The notes under the pieces were generated by a model. It made no database searches. It worked only from the letters and a program-made list of their open reading frames with translations, and was not told where the DNA came from. Shown here piece by piece: positions 19,977 through 28,505 of a stretch of DNA of 64,000 bases. Positions within the stretch are counted from its first letter, which is position 1. Each line of letters starts with the position of its first letter. Where the stretch lies: contig JANMQY010000060.1 in assembly GCA_031370785.1 (NCBI GenBank), forward strand, positions 1-64,000, in the 5' to 3' direction. A program made the position numbers and the translations under genes. The DNA comes from Candidatus Eiseniibacteriota bacterium (GTDB lineage: Bacteria; Eisenbacteria; RBG-16-71-46).

Positions 19977-20228
19977 GGGCGAAGACTAGGCGAAGGTGTG
20001 AGAATGCGCCAGAAGCGGGGAATGCCGGTTCACCCGGCGCCCAGATCGGTCCTTGTGCCCTCGGCGCATCGGGTGGCTTCACCGATTCGAGGCGTCCAAA
20101 CGTGGGTCCGTCGCCCCAGCCCGGGACCCGCGGACCCGGTCCACCGATGCCGCGCGGATCGGTGGAATGCTCGCTAACCGGCGTTCGGTCGGGACGTTGA
20201 GACCTTTGCACAGGGCCCGCAGTCCGCG

Positions 20229-20243
20229 TGGCATGGCCATTGC
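20229..20243 (+). promoter_or_regulatory. Putative sigma-54 (-24/-12) promoter of the pilin gene
   Basis: TGGCATGGCCATTGC fits TGGCACG-N4-TTGC with exact spacing, about 60 bp upstream of the pilin ATG. Confidence 0.7.
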
Positions 20244-20304
20244 GCTAGAGGATTCGGTGAGGGGAAAAACCAGCACCAAACACCGCCCAACACGGGGAGC
20301 CTGA

Positions 20305-20754
20305 ATGCTGAAGTGCAGTAACGCGGGATTCACCCTGATCGAGCTGATGATCGTCGTCGTGATCATCGGCATTCTGGCGGCGATCGGGATTCCGAACTTC
20401 ATCGCGATGCAGGACCGGGCGAAGGAGGCCAACACGAAGGCCAACATGCACGGCTTCCAGCTCTCGGCGGAGGATTACGGCGTGCAGCACGATGGAATCT
20501 ATGCCGACGATGCCGCCGACGTCGTGACCGACCTCCCGGGCAGTGGTGTCTTCTTCAAGAATCCTTTCGATCAATCCACGGGCCTGGCCGGTGCCTGGGA
20601 GGACCGCGCTTCACTCGGCGCGGATCCCACCGCCACTTCGGGCCTGGTGAGCTACGCGGACTCGGCAGCCCAGATGTACAACATCAAAGGTGTTGGCAAG
20701 ATCACGAGCGGAACGGGCTTCCCGTTGAATCTGGTGCTGACCGCAGGCCAGTAG
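20305..20754 (+). CDS. Type IV pilin-like protein (class III signal peptide)
   Basis: NAG|FTLIELMIVVVIIGILAAIGIPNF N-methylation motif. Confidence 0.9.
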   Translation: MLKCSNAGFTLIELMIVVVIIGILAAIGIPNFIAMQDRAKEANTKANMHGFQLSAEDYGVQHDGIYADDAADVVTDLPGSGVFFKNPFDQSTGLAGAWEDRASLGADPTATSGLVSYADSAAQMYNIKGVGKITSGTGFPLNLVLTAGQ

Positions 20755-20818
20755 GTTTCAGACGCCGCCGGGCGCTGCGACCGGCGTGGGCTTCGACACG
20801 CAGCTCTCTCTCGAAACA

Positions 20819-20851
20819 AACGCTCCCGGGGACTTCGTTCCCGGGAGCGTT
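20819..20851. terminator. Hairpin between convergent genes, probable bidirectional terminator
   Basis: AACGCTCCCGGG...CCCGGGAGCGTT 12-bp inverted repeat. Confidence 0.7.
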
Positions 20852-20902
20852 GCCGTTTTCGAGCAATGATTCCGTGGCGAACTCGCCGCCTCTGCGCTTC
20901 GA

Positions 20903-21436
20903 CTACATCTTTCTCGCCAGCTCGAACACCATGACTTCTCCCTGCTTGCCCTTGTCGAAGTCGGTCCACTCGCTGCGCAGATGATTGTCGTCCACGAAAA
21001 TCAGTTTCGCGGCGTGCATGTGTTTGTCGGTCTTGGGATCGAAGCCGGTGCCGCCGGCGAAATCGAAGACGATCTCGTTCGCCGCCGAGGTCTTGCGCGC
21101 CTTCATGCGCGGCTGGTTCCCGCTCGCGCAGTAGTGCGTGAGTGCGAGCTGGCTGCCGTCGGCCGTGTACATCGTCACCATCTCCATCGGCGTGCCGGGG
21201 AAGAGGGTCTCCATGACCGCGCTGCCGTTCGCGGTGACGTGGTACACGACCGTGGCGTCCATCTGATGGTCGCCGGGCCCCGCCTTGCCGGTCCACTCGC
21301 CCTGGAGCTTCTTGATCCTGTCGAGGGCGGGCGACGCCTTGGCCGAATGCTCGTGCATCTCATCGGCGAGCACTGCCGCGGCGGGAAGAAGGAGCGCGAA
21401 GATCAACGGGGCGAGCATGCGGATCGAAAGTTTCAT
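20903..21436 (-). CDS. Secreted hypothetical protein (beta-rich, lipocalin-like)
   Basis: Signal peptide; LQGEWTG, EMVTMY, THYCASGNQPRM and HMH motifs; GGAGG RBS. Confidence 0.75.
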   Translation of the reverse strand: MKLSIRMLAPLIFALLLPAAAVLADEMHEHSAKASPALDRIKKLQGEWTGKAGPGDHQMDATVVYHVTANGSAVMETLFPGTPMEMVTMYTADGSQLALTHYCASGNQPRMKARKTSAANEIVFDFAGGTGFDPKTDKHMHAAKLIFVDDNHLRSEWTDFDKGKQGEVMVFELARKM

Positions 21437-21587
21437 GGATGCCTCCAGAGATTCGGTGACTGGTTCGGATCGGCAAAGAGTGCGGCGGCGCAAGGGGCGG
21501 AACCCTGAGGCGGTCTCGTGGCCCGGCGGCGCAGGAGGCGAGACCCTAGCACCGTCTCGCGTTCCGGCAAGCGGGCCGCGGATGGCC

Positions 21588-22364
21588 TCAGTGGCGCATG
21601 AGCCCGACGTACCAGCGCACCCAGTTCTCGCCCCACAGGTAGGCCACCAGCGCGGAGGGCGCGAGCAGGGTGCCGAACGGCAGCTCGGTGAGCGCGCCGC
21701 CCTTGCGCCTGAGCATCAGCGCGACACCCCACACGCTGCCCACCAGCGCGGCGAGGAACATGGTGAGCAGCGTGAGCTGCCAGCCCAGCACCACGCCGAA
21801 CATGGCCGCCAGCTTGATGTCCCCGCCGCCCATGCCTTCGATCCTACGTACCTTGAGGTAGGCCCAGGCGATCAGCCAGAGCGCACCGCTCCCCGCGATC
21901 ACGCCGAGCAGGGCCTCGTGCACGCCGCCCGGTCTTTGCAGCGCCGCGGCGAGCCCGATGAGAGTGCCGGGGAACGTGAGCGCATCGGGCAGGAGCTTGA
22001 AGTCGTAGTCGATCCACACCAGCCCGATGAGCAGGAAGCCCCACAGCGCGAGGAACGGGTAGGCACAGTCGAGCCCCGAGTGCCGGTAGAGGAGGAGCGC
22101 CCAGGCGCCGCACAGGAGTTCGGTGGCGGGATAACGCCATGCGACGGGCTCGCGGCAGTGGCGGCATCGACCGAGGCTGAGAGTCCATGACAGAACCGGA
22201 ACGAGGTCAAGTGGTCCGAGCGGGGCGTGGCAGCGCGGGCACGCGGAGCGCCCCGAAAACCACGAGAGCCCGCGCGGGATCCGGTAGACGATCGCGGTGA
22301 CGGCGCTTCCCATGACCAGCCCGAGCAGCGTCAGGCACAGCGGCACGTACCATTGCGGAAGCAT
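21588..22364 (-). CDS. pilD: Prepilin peptidase (A24)
   Basis: RSACPRC..GRCRHC zinc motif, IDYDFKLLPD, GMGGGDIKL, PFGTLL. Confidence 0.93.
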   Translation of the reverse strand: MLPQWYVPLCLTLLGLVMGSAVTAIVYRIPRGLSWFSGRSACPRCHAPLGPLDLVPVLSWTLSLGRCRHCREPVAWRYPATELLCGAWALLLYRHSGLDCAYPFLALWGFLLIGLVWIDYDFKLLPDALTFPGTLIGLAAALQRPGGVHEALLGVIAGSGALWLIAWAYLKVRRIEGMGGGDIKLAAMFGVVLGWQLTLLTMFLAALVGSVWGVALMLRRKGGALTELPFGTLLAPSALVAYLWGENWVRWYVGLMRH

Positions 22365-22455
22365 CGCACTCCTTCAATCGTTGATCGGCGCCGCGGACTC
22401 TGCGAAAATTGAGCCTCGCTTCGGGCTCGGCCGCAATTCACGGAGTCGCATTTCC

Positions 22456-22776
22456 ATGCGTATCGTGCTGTTCCTTGCCATCGCCGCCAACAGTCTCGAC
22501 CTCATGGCGACGTCGCTCGGAATCCACTGGCTCGGCAATCGCGAAGGCAATCCATTGCTCGCGGGAATCGCACACCAGCACTGGTGGGCGTTCGTTCTTC
22601 TGAAGGGTCTGCTCATTCCGGCGTTGATCGTCTACCTGTACCGCTCCCGCAATCGTTCACCGGTGTTGTCGACCGTAGGCATGGCGCTCGTGACCGTGGC
22701 GCTCACCGTTGCGGTGGGGCAGTGGCTCGGCTGGATCGCCGGAGTGCTGAGCGTGTCGGGGATGACGCGGCTCTAG
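22456..22776 (+). CDS. Small membrane protein, DUF5658-like
   Basis: NSLDLMAT..EGNPLL..LLK pattern with three TM segments. Confidence 0.7.
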   Translation: MRIVLFLAIAANSLDLMATSLGIHWLGNREGNPLLAGIAHQHWWAFVLLKGLLIPALIVYLYRSRNRSPVLSTVGMALVTVALTVAVGQWLGWIAGVLSVSGMTRL

Positions 22777-22839
22777 CCGTGCGCTCGCCGGCCGAAAGGT
22801 CGCAACGGGCTCCCCATCATCCCCGACCGCAACTTCTAG

Positions 22840-23100
22840 CGCTGACATGATCCGAGGACTGGTCGTGACGATGAGCCGGTTGCCGCTCTTGTCGACCTCC
22901 ATCTGCTCGGTCAGAGACTTCAGCGCGGTCTTGGTCTCGTTCGCGTCGGCATACCGGTCGATCAGCGTACGACCCGTGCTGAAGCTGTAGGCGAGCCCAA
23001 GTATTGCCACCACGGTGATGACAAGCGCGGCGAGGATCTCGATCAGCGAGAAACCTCGTTCGCTAGTCCGCAGGCAATCTCTCCGGCTCCCATGCTTCGA
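22840..23100 (-). pseudogene. Chimeric remnant: minor prepilin N-terminus fused to a secretin N-domain-like fragment
   Basis: SERG|FSLIEILAALVITVVAILGLAYSF..LIDRY continues into YADANETKTALKSLTEQMEVDKSGNRLIVTTSPRI; no in-frame start upstream of the prepilin motif. Bounds approximate. Confidence 0.6.
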
Positions 23101-23146
23101 CCCGCTCGAGAAGGCAATGACTCAACGGCCGTCAGACTCGCAGGGA

Positions 23147-23542
23147 CTAGTGCTCATCCCACTGCGGCGTCTTGCCGCGCTCGTAGGTGCACTGCACCCA
23201 CATCGCATCATTGCCACCGGTCGTGCTCGTGACTTTCACGACGAATTTGTCACCGGTGACCGTGATCTCTGGCGCCTTCCACTTGTCTCCCAGATCGCTC
23301 AGATCAACGTTGAGTTCGGCGAAGTTGGCCGTGTACGCGGGAGACTTCCCATTTGCCATCTGCTTCTGGTAGAAGGCCTGCTCCCCGGTGATGATCGCGC
23401 GGATTGCGCCCTTGGCTTCGGTGCGCTGCGCGTCCTTGACGTAGTTGATGTACAGCGGCACGGCGACCGCGGCCAGAATGGCGACGATCACGATGACGAC
23501 CATCAACTCCATCAGAGTGAAGCCTCTTGCATTGCGTCGCAT
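23147..23542 (-). CDS. Type IV pilin (PilA/PilE-like)
   Basis: GAGGAG RBS; MRRNARG|FTLMELMVVIVIVAILAAVAVPLY..AQRTEAK. Confidence 0.9.
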   Translation of the reverse strand: MRRNARGFTLMELMVVIVIVAILAAVAVPLYINYVKDAQRTEAKGAIRAIITGEQAFYQKQMANGKSPAYTANFAELNVDLSDLGDKWKAPEITVTGDKFVVKVTSTTGGNDAMWVQCTYERGKTPQWDEH

Positions 23543-23649
23543 GCGAACATCTCCTCTTCGGTTTCGGCTCTCCAACGACGCCAGAACCCCGGGGGATGAA
23601 TTTTTCTCCAGTGAAGCCCGCCGCGCCTCCGTGTGACGCAACGAACCGT

Positions 23650-23980
23650 TCAGTGTCCCAGTAGCCCCTGCCGCATCGCGTTGCCCAGGTTGAACAGCGG
23701 CAGGTAGAGCGCGTATAGGATCTGGGTTCCGCTCGAGCTCAGGATGCCCAGCGTCCGGGCGAACTTCGTGACAGCATACATTCTAATGAGCGGGCCAAAG
23801 ATCGGTAGGTTGAATTTCGCCCGATCGATCGTTCGACGCCCGTTCGGCGTCTGCGCCCAGTACCACAGCGCAGCCCCCGATGATCAGAGCTAAGGCCGTG
23901 AAAGGCAAGATATTGTGTACGAGGATATCGCTCGTCGCGAGCAGGATCCGCGTGGGCAGCGGCAGCCCGGCATCGCGCAC
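23650..23980 (-). pseudogene. pilC: PilC/GspF inner-membrane platform protein remnant
   Basis: LPLPTRILLATSD.., a frameshift at a G5 run near 23877, then DRAKFNLPIFGPLIRMYAVTKFARTLGIL..SG fused directly to the terminal ALYLPLFNLG motif. Confidence 0.8.
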
Positions 23981-24787
23981 TTCCGTGTGAGCCTGTTCGC
24001 TCCACCACTCGCTTCAAGATCGAGTCGCGTTCCAGGGGTAGGACGCTGCTCATGAACTGACCACCCTGCACACTGTGCGGCGAGAAATGATCACGGGGTC
24101 TGCCGCCCGGTCCCGCACTCACGCTGTCCACGCGACCCGTAGCTGAAGCATCGAGAATAGGCGGCGTCGGGGGAGAGTGTCAGCGACTCCGGGGAGTGAC
24201 CGCGGGTTTCACCGGGAACCCAGCGGTGCCGGCCGTGGTACTACGCCACGTCGAGCCTCATGGAATGAGGGGTGTTCGAGTCCGAAAAACCGCTTGTCAT
24301 GCGGGTGGGCATCTGGCACCTTGCGACGTTCCTGAGCCAATCCTGACCGGGCCGGCTCGGGAAATGACCCATGGAAGGCCTCATTCGAAGCGCTCGCTGC
24401 TTCGACTACTGTTCGCCAGGGAAGGTCGCCCTCGCGTTGCAGTCGGATAGGCGAGCAATGCAGTTTCCAACGCCTCGCTCCGCCCGGTTTCCCCAGCAGT
24501 TCTGAAAGCCGCTCCATACCGCTGAGGCACGTAGTGCCTTGGGCGCGAGTTAGCCGTTTCGTGGTCTCGAAACGAAACGCCTGACTCGTGGGGCATGCTT
24601 CGTGCTGTGTCGCATGCGGTTTATCGCATTGCTCACACAGCTCAGGTGTCCCGAGGACCGTATTTGCGGGCATGAAGTCCGGGTCCTCTCCTTCGGCACC
24701 GCACGCTGCATCCGTGCTCAGTCTCATGCGGGCTATCTCGAGATCAACAGGGATATCGATCTCGCGGATGGCGGTTGGAGGGGCCTC

Positions 24788-25600
24788 TTGGATCTCCGCC
24801 GTTGTGTTTCCTTGCTCTGTCTATCGATCGGCCTCATGGCCATGGCTTCGGTCTCGAATGCTCAGGTGACGGCAACCAGCGTCAAGCTCACCTGGACCTC
24901 CCCGGGAGACGACAGTCTGGTGGGTACCGCATCTCAGTTCGACATCCGCTACTCGACATCTCTGATCACCGCGGCGAGCTTCAACTCGGCCACGGCGGTT
25001 TCGGGTGTCCCCGCGCCGGCCGCTCCCGGAACGCTTCAGAACTTCACCGTGACCGGCCTCGCCCCGAGCACCACGTACTGGTTCGCGATGAAGACCGCGG
25101 ACGATGTGGCCAACTGGTCGGGGATGTCGAACGTGGTCTCGAAGACGACGCTGGCCGCGCCGGACGCGACACGTCCCGCCGCGATCGCGCTCAACGTGGC
25201 CTCGGTCACCGACACCTCTGCGACGCTCTCCTGGAACGCGACCGGCGATGACAGCCTGACCGGCACCGCGACCTCCTACGACATTCGCTACTCGGCCTCG
25301 CCGATCACGGCGGCAAACTGGACGACCGCGACCCAGGTCACCGGCGAGCCCACGCCACTGGTGGCAGGCTCGCTTCAGACTTATGCGGTGCGTGGCCTGA
25401 GCCGCCAGAGCACGTACTACTTCGCGATCAAGGCGATCGACGAAGCGAGCAACGTCTCCGCGATGTCGAACGCGCCTGCTGCGACCACCACCGACACGCT
25501 GTCGCCGAGGGCGATCGCGGATCTGGCGGTGAGCTTCATCTGGTTCGGCTGGCACACTGGCACTTCGCGGCCCGCTCATGATCTCGTGGCGGCACGGTGA
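24788..25600 (+). CDS. Secreted protein with two fibronectin type III-like domains
   Basis: GGAGGGG before TTG 24788; signal peptide ending SNA-Q; two W(T/N)xxGDD..GTA..DIRYS..GL..TYxFA repeats. Confidence 0.8.
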   Translation: MDLRRCVSLLCLSIGLMAMASVSNAQVTATSVKLTWTSPGDDSLVGTASQFDIRYSTSLITAASFNSATAVSGVPAPAAPGTLQNFTVTGLAPSTTYWFAMKTADDVANWSGMSNVVSKTTLAAPDATRPAAIALNVASVTDTSATLSWNATGDDSLTGTATSYDIRYSASPITAANWTTATQVTGEPTPLVAGSLQTYAVRGLSRQSTYYFAIKAIDEASNVSAMSNAPAATTTDTLSPRAIADLAVSFIWFGWHTGTSRPAHDLVAAR

Positions 25601-26607
25601 CCGGGCTCTTCATTCGGCCGACCCGACGCCCGCAGCGCGGCAATCGCTGGCGGCGCGTGCTCCTGATCCTCGCCGGGCTCGCGCTGCTCGCGGCCGCGCC
25701 GCTCCTGGCCCACGCGCAGGCGGGTCCCGACTCCGTGCGGCTGGCGTGGACCGCTCCCGGTGATGATGGATCGATCGGAACCGCGAGCGCCTACGAGATG
25801 CGCATGGACACCGCGCCGATCGACACCTCGACGTGGGCCAGCGCGACCGTGGTCGGCGGCGGCCCGGCACCGACTCTCGCCGGCACGCGTCAGACCTGGA
25901 TGGTGCGTGGTCTCGACCGTTCGATCATCTACTACTTCGCGATCCGTGCGGTCGATGACGTCGGCAACTGGGCGAGCCTCTCGAACGTTCTTCGCTGGGA
26001 CTGGATCACCGACACCGCCCCTCCCTCCGCGCCGGGCGGCATCACCGCCCAGCGTCAGAGCGCGAGCGTGCACGTGCACTGGTCGGCCAACACCGAGCCC
26101 GATCTGCTGGGCTACACCGTGTTCCGCGCGACCAGCGCCTCGGGACCCTTCAGCGCCCTGAACGGCACCCTGCTCGGCACCAACGACTACGTCGACTCGA
26201 ATCTGCCCGCCGACAACGGAGCGCTCTGGTACCAGGTGAGCGCGACCGATGAGACCGGCAACCAGAGTGCGCGCAGCGCAAGCGCGACTGCGGCCGCCCC
26301 GGCCGGCTCCACGCCTTCCGAGTGGTCGAGCGAGCCCGGCTATCCGAATCCCAGCGGCGGAACATCGCCGGTGACCATCGCCGTGATCGTGCCTGCCTCG
26401 GGCGGCGCAGGCGGGACGATCGACATCACCGACAGCGCGCAGCATCGCATCCGCCGCATCGACCTCTCGGGTCTCTCGCCCGGCCGCCAGCTCGTGGTCT
26501 GGGACGGGCGCAACGATGCGGGTCGACTCGTCGCGCCCGGCACATTCACCGCCTGGGTCATCGCCGGCAGCGTGCGCAGCAGCGTGCGCCTGGTCCGCGT
26601 GCCATGA
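25597..26607 (+). CDS. Secreted FN3-domain protein with FlgD-Ig / T9SS-like C-terminal domain
   Basis: Signal peptide AHA-Q; WTAPGDD FN3; second FN3 (EPDLLGYTVFR); C-terminal YPNP..VWDGRNDAGRLVAPG. Confidence 0.82.
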   Translation: MTGLFIRPTRRPQRGNRWRRVLLILAGLALLAAAPLLAHAQAGPDSVRLAWTAPGDDGSIGTASAYEMRMDTAPIDTSTWASATVVGGGPAPTLAGTRQTWMVRGLDRSIIYYFAIRAVDDVGNWASLSNVLRWDWITDTAPPSAPGGITAQRQSASVHVHWSANTEPDLLGYTVFRATSASGPFSALNGTLLGTNDYVDSNLPADNGALWYQVSATDETGNQSARSASATAAAPAGSTPSEWSSEPGYPNPSGGTSPVTIAVIVPASGGAGGTIDITDSAQHRIRRIDLSGLSPGRQLVVWDGRNDAGRLVAPGTFTAWVIAGSVRSSVRLVRVP

Positions 26608-28391
26608 AAAACCAGGGAGTGGGCAACATGCGCAATTACACGTGGCTCATCGCGCTCGCGATCGTGATCGCGGCGCGAGCTGAAGCCGGAGTCGAGAAGG
26701 CCGGCACCACCGCCGCGAATTTCCTCTCGGTGGGTTCTGGCGCGGGCATTCTCGGCATGGGCGGCGCCACGCTCGGCGCGAGCGGCGACCTGAGCATGAT
26801 CAACTGGAACGTCGCTTCGCTCGGAAGCCTGAACGAGACGCAATACGTGATCTCGCACGCCGGCCTCAGCGGAAACAGCGCGCAGGAATGGGCCGCGGTC
26901 GGCGGGCGCTTCCGCCATTCGGCGACCCGCTGGTCGCTGTCGGGCCTGTACCAGGACGACGGCGTCTTCGAAGGCCGCGACGCCACCGGCGTCTCGACCG
27001 GCACCTTCAACGTTTCCAGCATGGCTTTCGGCGGACATCTCGCCCAGGCGTTCGGCGACTACGTCACGCTCGGATTCGGCGCCAAGTTCGTGAGTGAGAA
27101 CCTCGGCACCGTGAGCGGCTGGGGCGGCACCTACGATGCCGGCATCCAGGTGCATACCGGCGCGTTCGGCTTCGGTCTCGCCGCGCAGAACCTGGGTGGA
27201 CGGATGATGTATGGCAACGCGATCTACCCGGTGCCGACCAACATCGGCGCGGGCTTCGCATACCAGATCCCCGCGAGCGGACTGCGCTTCGCGCTCGACG
27301 CGAATTTCCCGTCGGCGTACTACAGCGACGTGCGTGCGGGCGTGGAGTGGATGTACAAGGAACGGCTCGCGCTGCGCACTGGATATCGCAAGGAGATGGG
27401 CGGAGCCTCGGATGACGCGTTGACCGGACCCACGTTCGGAATGGGCGCCGGACTGCGCGGCATGTGGTTCGACTATGGGTATCTGGTCGGCGGATCGGCC
27501 GGCGAGGGCCAACACCGCATCGGCCTCTCGTTCCATCCGGGGGCTCTCAACTGGAGCGGCGGCGAGGAACTCGGCATGACGCCGAATGTGAGCGTGCAAC
27601 CGCCTGCCCCCAAGCCGACCGTGCGCACCAGCGAAGGAGCTTCATCCGCCACGCCCAAGGCAGAGAGCGCGAAGCCGAACAGCGGAACGCCGGTGAGCAC
27701 GCCTGTGACGGCGACATCGTCTGCGACTCCGAAGGCGAGCACGCCTGGGATCGTGGCCCCGACTGCTGCTCCGAAGGCGACCACGCCTGCGGTCACGGCT
27801 CCGACTGCGACCGCTGCTCCGAAGGCGATGACACCGTCGGCGACGCCGTCCAACACGACGCCAGCAATGCCGTCTAGCCAGACTCCGAAGAGCACGCCGG
27901 ATGTCGTGGCTCCGAGTGTCGCGCAGAAGGCGATCGCGACGGGCGATTCCAGGCCCGAGGTCACGAAGTCTGCCGTGTCGGCTGCGCCTTCTCCGAAGAT
28001 CGAGGCGCCGAAGCCGACGCTGACTCAGGCGCCGGCGGTCGCAGCGCCGAAGATTGAGACGCCGAAGCTGGCAGCGTCCATCGCGCCGGCTGCCGTCGCG
28101 CCGAAGACTGAGACGCCGAAGCCGGCAGCGCCCATCGCGCCGCCTGTCGAGGCGCCGAAAGCTACGGCGCCGCCCGCCGAAACGCCGAAGGTCGCCACGC
28201 CGCCTTCCGCGAGCGAGCCGACACCGGTCCCGCTCGCGCAGCGCCCGGCCACGATCAAGGTGCGCAAAGGCGACACGCTTGCCTCGATCGGCCGCACGTA
28301 CGGCCTGAGCTATGCGGCGATCATGATGGAGAACAACATGGTCTCCGAAAGCATCAAGCCAGGACAGACCCTGAAGCTGCCGAAGAGATAG
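26604..28391 (+). CDS. PorV/PorQ-like outer-membrane beta-barrel + Pro/Ala/Thr/Lys-rich linker + C-terminal LysM
   Basis: AGTTAANFLSVGSGAGILGMGGA..WNVASL, GVEWMY..LALRTGY, DYGY..HRIGL; C-terminal VRKGDTLASIGRTYG..IKPGQTLKLP. Alternative start at 26628. Confidence 0.82.
   Translation: MKNQGVGNMRNYTWLIALAIVIAARAEAGVEKAGTTAANFLSVGSGAGILGMGGATLGASGDLSMINWNVASLGSLNETQYVISHAGLSGNSAQEWAAVGGRFRHSATRWSLSGLYQDDGVFEGRDATGVSTGTFNVSSMAFGGHLAQAFGDYVTLGFGAKFVSENLGTVSGWGGTYDAGIQVHTGAFGFGLAAQNLGGRMMYGNAIYPVPTNIGAGFAYQIPASGLRFALDANFPSAYYSDVRAGVEWMYKERLALRTGYRKEMGGASDDALTGPTFGMGAGLRGMWFDYGYLVGGSAGEGQHRIGLSFHPGALNWSGGEELGMTPNVSVQPPAPKPTVRTSEGASSATPKAESAKPNSGTPVSTPVTATSSATPKASTPGIVAPTAAPKATTPAVTAPTATAAPKAMTPSATPSNTTPAMPSSQTPKSTPDVVAPSVAQKAIATGDSRPEVTKSAVSAAPSPKIEAPKPTLTQAPAVAAPKIETPKLAASIAPAAVAPKTETPKPAAPIAPPVEAPKATAPPAETPKVATPPSASEPTPVPLAQRPATIKVRKGDTLASIGRTYGLSYAAIMMENNMVSESIKPGQTLKLPKR
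27990..28151 (+). repeat. Three in-frame tandem 54-nt (18-aa) repeat units in the linker
   Basis: SPKIEAPKPTLTQAPAVA / APKIETPKLAASIAPAAV / APKTETPKPAAPIAPPVE; units 2 and 3 are highly similar at DNA level. Confidence 0.75.
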
Positions 28392-28407
28392 TCCGGCTCG
28401 AACGTCG

Positions 28408-28441
28408 AACGCCCGGTGCGATTCCTTGCAGCGGGCGTTTT
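28408..28441 (+). terminator. Intrinsic terminator after the PorV-like gene
   Basis: AACGCCCG..CGGGCGTT stem followed by Ts. Confidence 0.6.
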
Positions 28442-28505
28442 CGCTTGGGCTGGCGTGCGCGCTCGAGCGCGAGTGCGCCACCGAGAGCGACCATCAGGAT
28501 CGGTC

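Noticed and set aside
24280..24360. Possible c-di-GMP riboswitch upstream of surface genes
   Set aside because: Only scattered short matches; the conserved class I and class II cores could not be assembled.
27560..28250. Repeats that might be a CRISPR array
   Set aside because: The repeats are in-frame, degenerate coding repeats without unique spacers, and no cas genes are in the window.
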